Assembly (NCBI RefSeq): GCF_006345805.1
Contig: NC_043002.1
Coordinates: forward strand, 10,478,001 to 10,542,000
Length of the DNA stretch: 64,000 nucleotides
Reading direction: 5' to 3'
Source of the DNA: Octopus sinensis
Taxonomy: Eukaryota
In this document: positions 25,408 to 37,609 of the stretch, piece after piece
Layout: every line of letters begins with the position of its first letter
How positions within the stretch are numbered: the stretch's first letter is position 1
Notes under the pieces: generated by a model
Seen by the model: only the letters and a program-made list of their open reading frames with translations
Databases searched by the model: none
Told to the model about the DNA's origin: nothing
Position numbers and translations under genes: made by a program

Positions 25408-26324
25408 TATATACACATATATATACCTATACATACACATGCATATATATTCAAACAATCTATATATAGGTGTATGTATATGTGTATATGTGCGTGTGTA
25501 ATTTACGTGTATGTATCTACATAAGTATGTCATTTATAAATATATATGTAAATTTGTATTTATATATATAGTTTATATATACATGTATATATGTTTGTAT
25601 GTATGTATGTATGCATGTATGTATGTACCGATGTGTTATATGTATGTATTTCTGTATACATCATCAAGATAATGTATATGTGTATTCCTATATGTATATA
25701 TGTTAATGTATACATGCACATATACATACATATATACATTATGCGGACTATATTTTCGTCCGTATCTGAGAATAGAAGTGCTTCAATTCTTTGTATGTAC
25801 ATATATTAACTCCATTGTTGACATGCAAAAACGGTTTCTCTCATGGCTTTGGTATGATATTTTCTATCCTGAATAAAAATGATATGATAGTGCTTAATAT
25901 AAATAGTAATAATAATTTCGTTCAAAATGCAACTTCTCATTTTATTGCTGTTATTCATACCTTATCAAGAAAATTGTATTATATACAAGTGATAATAGAA
26001 ACCAGAAAGTAGATTCAGCTATTATAAACTTCTACTCCACAGGGCTCTTCATATCTGTCTTAAATTTGTGTGTTAAGCTGACCTTATACTGGCTTTCTGT
26101 CCACTTCGAGCAAGAGAAGGAGAGAATTAAAATGAACCGGATGCACTTTTACCTAAGGTGAATGATTAGACAGTGAAATGTGGCGGATCACTTCTCAGCA
26201 GTCTGATCTTTACAGTATCTACAGGAGTAATCCGATTAATTTAGCATATCTATATATGTTGCCTTCCTCTTTCCAACACACAACCATTTCTGTGTTATCA
26301 TTATATATTCCCCTAGCAACAACA

Positions 26325-26354
26325 CCACCATCATCATAACCATCATCCTTGTTG

Positions 26355-26395
<41 letters not shown>

Positions 26396-26489
26396 TTTTT
26401 GTTGTTCTTGACCACCTTTTGATTTCTCCTGCACAGCTGCTTTTCTTCAACTTATCTAACTCTAGTCCAGCCTCCGCAATAGTAGTTGC

Positions 26490-26547
<58 letters not shown>
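26325..26547. repeat. (CAT)n and (GTA)n trinucleotide microsatellites
   Basis: Directly visible. Confidence 0.95.
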
Positions 26548-27302
26548 AATGGAATGATGAAATTAAACGAATCGGTGTCAGCTTGATTGCATTTCTTCAT
26601 ATATTTCTCCATTGCCTGAAAAATATATTTAAAAAAAGGAGAATTAATAGAAAAAATTAAGCAATTAATGAAAAATTATTCATTTTATCACATTAAGATA
26701 TTACTCATAACTGTTAATTGTATAAAAACTGCGTTGTAATATAAAGTCTCCTTTTTTTTCTTTTCGTTTTTCTATTTATCTCGTCATCGTCACACGCTAG
26801 AAAAGAAATATGATTTATTCAAATCTCAAACACGTTAGACAAAAGTTATAGAGAAGGAATACAGCTACAAAAACAATATTAAAACATATAACACTACAAA
26901 TAACTATTTTTCGTGCTTATTCAAATAATATTGGAAAGGGTTAAAGTAAACAGAAGCAACATCAATGAAAGCGGACGAAGTTTTTTGTAAACTCAATTCT
27001 CATCAAACTCAGTTTTGAAGAGCTTGAGAAAAAAAATGACGAGGTACATTTTTCTCAGCGACATAAAGTTTAAAATAACTCTTTCTGACAAATTTTGAAC
27101 TATGACGACTTTAAATCTATAGTTTAGCCCTTCACATTAGGAATTATACTACGTCCATATATATTAAATATTAGCTGCTGCTTTGGTCTCATCTAAAGTA
27201 TATAAAGCATTTAGACTATTTGCCTACCAGGCTTATTTTGCGCCATATTTTCTTCTGCAGCAGTGGTCTTATTTTTTTATGAACTCTGCACTTTTAAACA
27301 TT

Positions 27303-27527
27303 TTAATCTGTCAGTACTCAAGCGGGCCATATCAGGCCCAACTAGTCTACCTGTTTTCTGTCTAAACTGACCAGATCAAGCTTCTCACAGCTACCTTAAA
27401 ATGTCATACTAGAATCTGCCACGACATTGAAAATTCCAATCTACAGGAAAATGTATGATAAATTCAAAACAATGTGAATAATTAAGTATTGCATATGACA
27501 GAGTAATCTGAATACTGAACGGTTGAT
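27303..27527. mobile_element. Degenerate MITE, possibly piggyBac-like
   Basis: Decayed ends ttaatctgtcagtactcaa / tctgaatactgaacggttga resemble TTAA-flanked TIRs; recalled as a common octopus repeat. Confidence 0.5.
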
Positions 27528-28037
27528 CATATATTAGTTCAAGTCCTCTATATAAACTACCACATTAATTTATAGCATGAGTATCGTCCGTAACTTCTGC
27601 AAATTCATAATATATTCTATATTTTGCACCACGTAAATCACCTGGGATATACATGTTAAAAATTGTTAAAACCTTTATTATACCTCCAATTATGTATTTT
27701 CCATCTATTTAAAAAACATTTTCTACAAACTATATTTCAGACTATAATCTATAAAAATATTTTTATGGGTAGCGTTGTTTCACTGATGGAGATAACAGCG
27801 ATTTGTAGCCTTCTTGACAGGCCCTATCTCAGCTTTTAGTGATTCAAACTGAAAAATCTCCCGGAAATATCAAAGGACGTACTCTCTGTACACTTCCTGA
27901 AACTGAAATGATATTGTTTGGTCCAATGCAACGTGAGGCTAGAGAAAAGACAAAAGGATCATTGGGCGTCACCCGTTACTCCTATTAAGAATATAAGGCG
28001 ATGTGTCACTGATGGCTTGCATAGTAGGTAAAGAATT

Positions 28038-28272
28038 AAGGCGGCGAGCTGGCAGAAACGTTAGCACGCCGGGCGAAATTCTTAGCGGTATTTCGGCTGC
28101 CGCTACGTTCTGAGTTCAAATTCCGCCGAGGTCGTCTTTGCCTTTCATCTTTTCGGGGTCGATTAAATAAGTACCAGTTACGCACTGGAGTCGATATAAT
28201 CGACTTAATCGGTTTGTCTGTCCTTGTTTGTCCTCTCTGTGTTTAGCCCCTTGTGGGTAGTAAAGAAATAGG
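28038..28272 (+). mobile_element. SINE family C monomer with a 16-bp TSD
   Basis: taggtaaagaattaag at 28025-28040 and 28269-28284. Confidence 0.93.
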
Positions 28273-28859
28273 TAAAGAATTAAGCACAGTTAATTCAAAA
28301 GATTTATTGGTACTTCACAATTAAATTTAAACCTTAACGTTTCGTGCAATTCATTATTATACTTCAAGCAAACATCGCAGCTGTATATAACACATTTATT
28401 TATCCATACCCCGAGGTTTAGCAGCGTATAACCATTAAAGCCACTGCGGTGATAGCGCTTAATAACCTAATAAAATAAATAAGCCACACATAGTGCTTTC
28501 AACAGGTCGAATGTTTGATAATAGCAGATCAGGTCCTTTCAAATCACACTCTCGAATACTATTCCAGCAGAGGTTAGTCTATGATAATCAACAAACACTG
28601 TAGTCATTGAAGGAACGAATTATGCAAAGTTAAATGGAAAAGTCCTTTCCCCCAAACTAAAATCATAACTTTATACACACACATACACACACACACACAT
28701 ATATATATATATACACGCACACACACACATATATATATATATACTTACATATGCATATGCATATATATATATATATCCATGTATATGTATATGCATATAT
28801 GTAAATATATACGTGTATGTATATAATAATATAAATTGCATAAATATGTGTGTTTGTGT

Positions 28860-29760
28860 GTGTGCATATATGGGTACAGGACGTCACCAACTGTGTGAAT
28901 AACATGAAGTACGAATATAAACGAGTTAAATAGGCAAAACAAAACAGGAGAAAAATGAATAGCTGGACAAATAACACAGAGAATGACCCTTCATTAATTG
29001 TCGGCTGTCTATCTACTCCTCATTTCCAGCATTCAACGACAATATGAATCCTGGAAAGCAGTTACTCCTATAAATTCCAAAATATAATTTGGGATTTATG
29101 GAGGGTCAAAGTTGGGACAAAAACAAGACACTGGAGACACACAAGGAAACCGAACGAAAACAACTGTGTTCTTGTTGAGCGTATTCAGGCGTGTGTCAGG
29201 AGACTTTTCATAGATTTGGATTGTCTCTTGTTTTTTATGATGGTGTGCGTTTGGAAGATTAAGTTCATTCTGTGGTCCTTTTCTAGCAGGGGAATGTCTT
29301 CAAGGATGGTGTTGAAGTCTTCATTTGTTAAGAGGGTTGTGTGTGGAGATATATGGTTGGGCTGTTGGTTGTAAATCCTTCTTTAATTTGGGATGTGAGT
29401 TCGTGGACGTTGAGATGAAGGGCACGTTGAAAGCATATGTCAATTAGTGGAGGTGGGTAGTTCCTGGTGACGAGTGCATCATCTAGTTCATGTAGTCGTA
29501 TGTCTCTGGTGCTTGCATTAGAAACTATAGTACATATCCTTTTTGCTAGGTTGAAGGGGATATTCATTCTGGTGTGTCTGGGGTGGCATGAGTTGAAGGA
29601 TAGATATTGCTTGGAGTCCGTGGGCTTATAGTATATAGCTGTTTCTATTACGTTGTTAGATTTCTTAAAGAGGATGTCGAAGAAAGGGAAGTGAATTGAA
29701 TGTTTATTTCAAGTCCATTTATAAGTGCTTGGAATTCTTTTAGTTTCCCTGTTTTCATGC
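28860..29760 (-). mobile_element. Penelope-like element fragment (RT thumb/linker plus terminal-repeat-like sequence)
   Basis: [11 protein letters not shown]...YYKPTDSKQYLSFNSCHPRHTRMNIPFNLAKRICTIVSN, homologous to 38280-38770. Confidence 0.9.
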
Positions 29761-29777
29761 CAAAGAAAGCAACAGTC

Positions 29778-29824
<47 letters not shown>

Positions 29825-30009
29825 TATAATATATATATTATATATATATAATGTATATATATATATATACGTATGTATATATATGTATGTATATATATAT
29901 ATGTATATATATGTATATATGTATGTATATATATATATGTATATTATGTATATATATATGTATATATATATGTATATATATATATATTATATATTATATA
30001 TATATTATA

Positions 30010-30044
<35 letters not shown>

Positions 30045-30364
30045 CGAATATATATATATGTATATATATATATATATCTATATGTGTATATATATATATA
30101 TTCACTCGCACACACATATATGCACATTCACTTATATACACATATATACAGCGGTGATATCCAATATTGTGATGAAGTTTTGCATTATTTATCTTTTTAT
30201 GCACTTGTGTTCGTTTCCGGGGTCCATTAACACAGAAATGTAATTTCGAAGAATTTGCAGAAAAACAGTACAAAATAAAATATTTTCCAGGTTGCCATTG
30301 ATTTGTGTGCACTATACGTATAGTCATATCCCGAAAGAACAATGACAATATTTGCAATGTATAT

Positions 30365-30395
<31 letters not shown>

Positions 30396-30405
30396 CATAC
30401 ATACA

Positions 30406-30441
<36 letters not shown>

Positions 30442-31128
30442 TATGTATATATATATATTATATATTTATATATTTATATATACATATATACATGTATATA
30501 TATATATTTATATTTATATATACCTATATACATGTATATATATATATATATTTATATATTTATATATATATATATATTCATTTATATATAAATATATATA
30601 TGTATATATATTCATTTATATATATAAATGTATATATATATACATTTATATATATAAATATATACATATTTATATATATATTATATATATATATTCATTT
30701 ATATATATAATGTGTATATATATATACATTTATATATATAAATGTATATATATATATATGCATTTATATATATATATATATATATATATATGAATTTATA
30801 TATATAAACGTATATATATATACATTTATATACATTTATATATGTACATATATATATTTATACATTTATATAAATATATTTATATAAATGCATAAACACA
30901 TTTATATATATATATAATTACATTCCAATATGCTTTGTCAACCTGTCATATCTAGTGCAGTTGATACAGTGATGATTATAAACGGTGCATTTCCTCTTTA
31001 AATGAAAATCACAGAAGTCTTATTCATTGATTTTGTTTCCTGACCGTGCATATTAATGCTCACTCTATTAAAAATGCGTGCACCAGCTTCTCTTCTTAGG
31101 AATATGCTCGTGGGTATACAGATAAATT

Positions 31129-31190
<62 letters not shown>

Positions 31191-31769
31191 CAGAATTATA
31201 CAAATAAATGTGTATATCTACATAAGACATCACAATAATATTTCATCATTCGTGTTAATATATGTTCAAGTAAGTTACGCACCTTTTAATGTTTTTACAG
31301 TTCCACTTAATAAAAGATCTTCGTAGTTTTATCTCCATCTTATTAGGAATACTCGTGTATTACTATATACAAACCACACTGACAGTGCAATGTCGTATGA
31401 ACAGTAATCACATATTTTCCTGAAAACCATTGACCCTATAGAAGCTAGAAGTTGCTTATGCTTTTAGGTATGTGACCTCAGTTTGAAGTATTCATCCTCT
31501 ACTCAACATGGCTTTCATTAAAAATTACCAGAAATAATGAACTGTCCGTAAAATATTTGTCCAAGTTCTTAATAGCACAGTTGGATAACGTGCACACAAT
31601 GTTGCCATGTGTGGCCTGCCTACCAGACAATAAATATTTCAGAAAGATGCCCTGTGTGTGTTTGTGGTTCATCCAGATCTTACTTATGATTTTATTAAAG
31701 TGTGGTATCCATGAAAAGCAAGTGTTGTTTGGGGTGATCCTTCTTTCGGTTTGTAAAGACCCTCACCAT

Positions 31770-32092
31770 CAGTCATGAATGACCATGGGATTGCACCTAG
31801 ATAGTTCCCGTCCGAGGTACAATTCTGGGAAAGGTTGTTTTTGGAAGACCAGCATTCGCCCATGCATACCAGCCTCCCTGCTCCACGCCATCGATGTTAT
31901 CTAAGGGAAAGGCAAATACCGATACAGCTTGGCATCAATGACGCCGCAACTCATTTCTACAGCTGAGTGAAGTGGAGCAACGTGAAATAAAGTGTCTTGC
32001 TCAAGAACACAACACAGAGCCTGGTCCGGGAATCGAGTACACGACCTCATGATTGTGAGCCCGTTGTTCTAACCACTGAGCCATGTGCCTTC
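31770..32092 (-). mobile_element. SINE family D (tRNA-like head)
   Basis: Minus head gaaggcacatggctcagtggttagaac...ctcgattcccggacc followed by tgtgttcttgagcaagacacttt, a common SINE body motif. Confidence 0.75.
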
Positions 32093-32343
32093 TTTGGTGC
32101 TTTATCATAAAGCCATCTGCTAGGTAGCTATTGTTTACCAGCATTTTTTGAAGCCTCTTAAAGTTGACGGCTCAATTGCCTACCTTATTACTTCTGGTGT
32201 GTATGGTTAAGAACCCACTTCCTATGTATCGTTAGCTCTGTTCGGTATGGTACAAATAAACACTTGCAGGAATTTTTCCCGTATTTGTTGGTATTAAAGG
32301 ACTTGGAGACGGAAACTGAAGCGAGAATGAAAGAGAGAAAGAT

Positions 32344-32380
<37 letters not shown>

Positions 32381-32382
<2 letters not shown>

Positions 32383-32543
32383 CGCAGGTGTGGCTGTGTG
32401 GTAAGTAGCTTGCTAACCAACCACATGGTTCAGGGTTCAGTCCCACTGCGTGGCATCTTGGGCGAGTGTCTTCTGCTATAGCCCCGGGCCGACCAATGCC
32501 TTGTGAGTGGATTTGGTAGACGGAACTGAAAGAAGCCTGTCGT

Positions 32544-32593
<50 letters not shown>

Positions 32594-32822
32594 TATGTGT
32601 GTGTGTGTGTGTCTGTGTTTGTCCCCCTAGCATTGCTTGACAACCGATGCTGGTGTGTTTATGTCCCCGACACTTAGCGGTTCGGCAAAAGAGACCGATA
32701 GAATAAGTACTGGGCTTACAAAGAATAAATCCCGGGGTCGATTTGCTCGACTAAAAGGCGGTGCTCCAGCATGGCCGCAGTCAAATGACTGAAACAAGTA
32801 AAAGAGTAAAGAGTAAAGAGTA
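32381..32822 (+). mobile_element. SINE family B, full length
   Basis: ggcgcaggtgtggctgtgtggtaag (A box) ... gggttcagtccc (B-box-like), internal (TA)n(TG)n, tail gtaaaagagtaaagagta; at least 8 related copies in the window. Confidence 0.92.
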
Positions 32823-32859
32823 TAGTGGGAGATAGAGTGGGAGAAAAAGAAGAAAGAAA

Positions 32860-33300
32860 TAGAAATACAGCACCACCAGGAGTTTCTATATCAAAATCTA
32901 TGTCTTTATCGACGTAGTAGAATATATTAATACATGGTAATTGATTGTTCACGAGAATTATGATATCATCTATATATCTGGAAACGAATGGGAAATCCGA
33001 AAGTGATATGTGGTTCCTATGCACACCAGCTGGTCTATATATGTAGTGGCAATTAAAATCAGATAGATTTGTTTCTCCCCAACCAATCCAAATAGAAAGA
33101 ATGATGTCTGTTTATATGTGGTATAATCGAAGTAGAAAAAGCTGTTGTTTAGGATAATGGCGAAGAATTAGTGGTGAAAAGTTGATGTAAAAATGGGAAG
33201 CAGATATAGTAGGGTTTACAAGAAAGACACAGAAATATTAGATATTTGAAGAGTAAAGAAAACATCCCTATTAAAATTGTTTGTCTCTTAATGGCTGACA
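32860..33300 (-). mobile_element. Old Penelope-like RT fragment (second family)
   Basis: FPFVSRYIDDII catalytic motif, preceded by ILNNSFFYFDYTTYKQ. Confidence 0.65.
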
Positions 33301-33562
33301 ATATTTAAGCTACACTGATTGGTTGATTTAACACAAGCGGTCACTACATGCTATAACTAGTTATTTATAATTCCGTTGTCACTCGTGTCTTAAAATGGAT
33401 CTTATATCGCAATTATTGGTACTCAATAGGAACAAAATTTGGTGCCTCACCAGGACCCGAATCAAACGACCGAGACAAGTAAAAGTCTGTAACTATAAGC
33501 CCAAGCCTTTACCGTTGCTTCTGGTTTCATTTTATCTCCAAACCGTGTCCTTTTAGAAAATA

Positions 33563-34710
33563 CTAGCATTATGACCCGTCGTTGCCGGGTCATAGTGCTA
33601 GTGCATGTATCTATGTGTAGATATTACATCAACACATAAAATACAAAATACAAAGTTATATCTTGATATCGCTAGTGATAACAATACTCAAAATATATAA
33701 CAGACTGGAATTGTAAACCCGTCTCTTGCAATTTCGATCAATTGTATCTTGTCCTCCCTCTTGTATAGAAGTGTGGCTACAATCCAGCCTATCTCAACTT
33801 CTGGGGCGGGGGACATTTTTAATTTTTTTCCGGGGCGTCCTACGTCCCAGATATAAAGGTAAAAATAAAATATTTCCACTTTGTAAGTTCGAGTCGAGTA
33901 CTCCCTTGCACGCTCCGTTGACTCAAACCTTGCTTCTATTGTGGCGAATTTACCGCCTCTGGTTAGATATCTTTCATAGTCGCACCAAGACACTTTTCAA
34001 TTGTGCTTTCCTCCAGGTGTTCAAATCTTCTTTTTTGTCTACATTGTATACTTTATAGTCTTTTCTTTAATTTAATTTTTTATTATCCATCTGGACTATT
34101 CCATTTCTGCACGCTAATTTTACTGTTTATTTATTCCCATTCATGTGAAACCACTTATTCAAATTCAAGTCATTGATGCAATTTTATACCAATTGCTATT
34201 TTTACTTCTGTTATGTTACGATTATATTATACTTTTGTTTGATTTTAATTATTACTTACTACATATAATTCAATTGCTATTATTATTTTTATTGTTAAAG
34301 TGAAAGTATCTCACATAAAATAGAGAAATGTTTTTGTTTCACTTTTAACACGTAATACTGAAATAGTGGAGAAGATATGATATTGCTATGGGCTCGCTCT
34401 ACGCAAGAAGCTGAACATTTTTTTTGCCCATGAAACTACATGGACCCTAAGTAAGGCCTGTGTAAAATTTGAATGAAATTGGTTTTGTAGTTCTCAAGTT
34501 TTAGGGAATCGTAGTGGAGAAGATATGATATTGCTGTGGGCACGCCCTAGGCAAAAAGTTAAAAAGTTTTTTGGCGATGACACTCCCCGGACCCTAAGTA
34601 AGGCATGTGTAAAATTTGAATGAAATTGATTGTGTAGTTCTCAAGTTTTAGGGAAACACACAGACAGACAGACAGACAGACACACATTTTCAGTTTTATA
34701 TGTAGAGAGA
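33563..34710 (-). mobile_element. Non-autonomous Helitron (~1.15 kb)
   Basis: Minus 5' end A|TCTCTCTACATATAAAA followed by (GTCT)n; 3' hairpin gacccg-gcaacga-cgggtc, 6 nt, CTAG|T; no TSD; internal ~147-bp tandem duplication at 34363-34655. Confidence 0.85.
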
Positions 34711-35419
34711 TATTCATTACTGTTTTTCAGAATGTTTCATATAACGATAGTACTCTGAGCCAAGCTGAAATTTCTATGGTAATTAAATTACACAATCTAT
34801 GAGAGAAACAGGTGAAGATCTGTTTCTAGATTCGTAAAACTATGTATGAAATGTGGTACCATCTCTAACATTCCTTAAACTTTCTCATTCATTATTCCAT
34901 GATTAAGGAATTTTTGAAACACTTCCCGTATATCGCTTGATCAATATATCTCCAGATTTCAACGCTTATTTTAAAACTTGGACAGATTCCAAGCACTTCT
35001 CAGCAAGAATTATCCAAAATGATTAATCAATTCTACGATAATCGAATTACCCACGATAAGAAGAGTACTGCAAACCAAAATTGCATTGGATTCAGAAGAA
35101 ATAGTGCCACACCAATTTCTTATTGCCAAAATCAGGATGAATATTCTATAAACATCGCAAATAAACCGCTTATCGTTGCTACATAGCCGCTCGTCATAGA
35201 CAAGTCTGGATCCCTTTCACTTGCAAATTTCTCAGACTGAAATTTACAGTAACAGAAAACTTAATGACGGGCTTCGACTTAACATAGAAACGAACATTTA
35301 CAGAACAGCCAACTAATTAACTGAATATTGGATCCGAAACCAAGTTCTACAAGAAATAGAGTATCAACCAACTACTCATATAATCCATTCCACCCTTGCC
35401 ACCATACGGCAATCTTAAT

Positions 35420-35933
35420 AGCCTCTTCTCCTTATCTCCTCAAAGACATACAGCATCTCGAAAGAGTCCAGAAGCTAGCTACCCGCATGCTTCATGGTCT
35501 CAAGAATTTGTCTTATGACGAAAGGCTGAAGACGCTCGACCTTTATTCTCTAGAAAAACGCCGCCGCCGTGGTGATCTCATTCTCGCTCACAACATCATA
35601 AGCGGAAAGTGTAACCTCTCGAAAGAGCTGTTCTTCACTCCTGCTCCAGAGCGTTGGCTGCGGGGTCATTCCGAAAAGCTCTACCCGCGACGATTTCATC
35701 TCAATCGAAGGAGGGGAGGTTTCTCCGTCCGGGTTGCGGATCCGTGGAACAAGCTGCCAGACGAGATGGTGAAGATGCCGACGACCGCTTTGTTCAAAGT
35801 CTCCCTTGACCTCAAGTGGCCTGAACTCTTTACATGAACACCACCCTGTACTTAACTCCATGTCCCCCTACATGGCCTTGCTTTTTGCTTTTGAGCCAAA
35901 AAATTAACTAACTAACTAACTAACTAACTAATA
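35420..35933 (+). mobile_element. CR1-clade LINE 3' end, apparently young
   Basis: Uninterrupted SPYLLKDIQHLERVQKLATRM...YDERLKTLDLYSLEKRRRRGDLI...LRGHSEKL...FSVRVADPWNKLP; short 3'UTR and (AACT)n tail. Confidence 0.92.
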
Positions 35934-36124
35934 TAAATCTGTTCGGACTGTGGTGAAATCATGCAGCTCATTCGTTAACCACTCTAGTTCTCGATTCCTG
36001 CCTTTATAAAACACGTGGTTTAACGATATCATATAATTACCTTCAGGTGAATTACCGTTTGAATGTCAAAGTAACACTTCGTTCGTTATACGTTAAGTTT
36101 GCCATATCTAGTAAGTAGGAAAAT

Positions 36125-36270
36125 ATAAGGTTGTCCCAAAAGTTCGTAGAAAGTCTTGGAAAATAATGGTCTTTATTTTGAGGAATAATTTTTGTTGTTT
36201 TTGTTAGTACTTGGCGAGTAAAAATTCAATTTTCGCAAGTGTTTACGAATTTTTGGGACAACCTGATATA
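36125..36270. mobile_element. Tc1/mariner-type MITE (~145 bp)
   Basis: TIRs aggttgtcccaaaagttcgta / tacgaatttttgggacaacct; TA flanks. Confidence 0.85.
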
Positions 36271-36308
36271 ATAACCATTTAGTCAGTAATTTTCAACCAC
36301 AGAATATT

Positions 36309-36520
36309 CTTTTCTACATTAGGCACGAGGCCCGGAATCTGGGGAAGGAAAGAGCCAGTCGATTAGATCGACCCCAGTACGCAACTGGTACTTAATCTAT
36401 CGACCCCGAAAAGATTAAAGGCAAAGTCGACCTCGGTGGAATTCAACTCAAAACGTAAAGACAGACGAAAAACCACTAAGCATTTCATCGGTGTGCTAAC
36501 GTTTCTGCCAGTTCACCGCC
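36309..36520 (-). mobile_element. SINE family C (alternative tail) with an 18-bp TSD
   Basis: tttcaaccacagaatatt at 36291-36308 and 36521-36538. Confidence 0.9.
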
Positions 36521-36814
36521 TTTCAACCACAGAATATTATAAAATAAAGTTCCTTAGAAGAAATATTACATTTTTGGTATTTTATTGTCTTGTTCTGAAA
36601 ACACGGAACTCTATATACTTATTTTTTCTTGTGAGCAATGAAAAAGCCAATCCCGTATTAAACTGGTCAAATCCATCCGTACAATACATATACATCTTCA
36701 CACACACACATAGGCACACACACACACACACACACACATACATATATATATATATTCTATAATTATGAGTATAATTATAATTAGGTTCCAGCAAAAATTT
36801 GCTTCACCACATAC

Positions 36815-37187
36815 CGAAATTTTGGGGAGAGAGAGCCAGTCCATTAGATTGACCACAGTACGCCACTGATACTTAACTTATCGACCCTGAAAGGATGAAA
36901 GGCAAAGTCGACCTCGGCGGAATTTGAACTCAAAACGTAAAGACAGACGAAATACCTATTTCTATTTCTTTACTACCCACAAGGAGCTAAACACAGAGGG
37001 GACAAACAAGGACAGACAAACGGATTAAGTCGATTACCCCAACCTCAGTGCGTAACTGGTACTCATTTAATCGAATCCGAAAGGATGAAAGCAAAGTCGA
37101 CCTCGGCGGAGTTTGAACTCAGAACGTAACGGCAGACGAAATACCGCTAAGTATTTCACCGGCGTGCTAACGTTTCTGCCAGTTCAC
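36815..37187 (-). mobile_element. SINE family C dimer (units carry different tails)
   Basis: Head at ~37187; junction aaataggtatttcg at ~36950; the second unit ends in the alternative tail. Confidence 0.82.
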
Positions 37188-37480
37188 AATTTTTGCTCAA
37201 CTTTAATTATAATTATACTCTTAATTATAGAATTTTTGTATAAGTTTACCGATAAAGGTTCATTTAACATACCGAAATACTTGGTAAAATTATTAATTAT
37301 TAATTAATTAATTAATTTTTCCCTTTATTATTGTTGATTATATATATATATAATATATATATATATAAATATTATTCATGTAGTCGAATTATATTTCTAC
37401 ATGAATAATATTTTGTCTAGTGACTAATTCGTCTTTTGTGCTGAGCCACTGGTAGTAATCTATATTATTACCCTTTTGTT

Positions 37481-37520
<40 letters not shown>

Positions 37521-37538
37521 TATTATATATATATATAG

Positions 37539-37575
<37 letters not shown>

Positions 37576-37609
37576 TGTGTATATTATATTATATATATAT
37601 ATATATATA

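Noticed and set aside
29700-30900. Long ORFs rich in YI/CV/HT (also at 2.8-5.9, 16, 25, 41, 50 and 54-55 kb)
   Set aside because: Translations of (TA)n/(CA)n/(TACA)n microsatellites, which lack stop codons; not genes.
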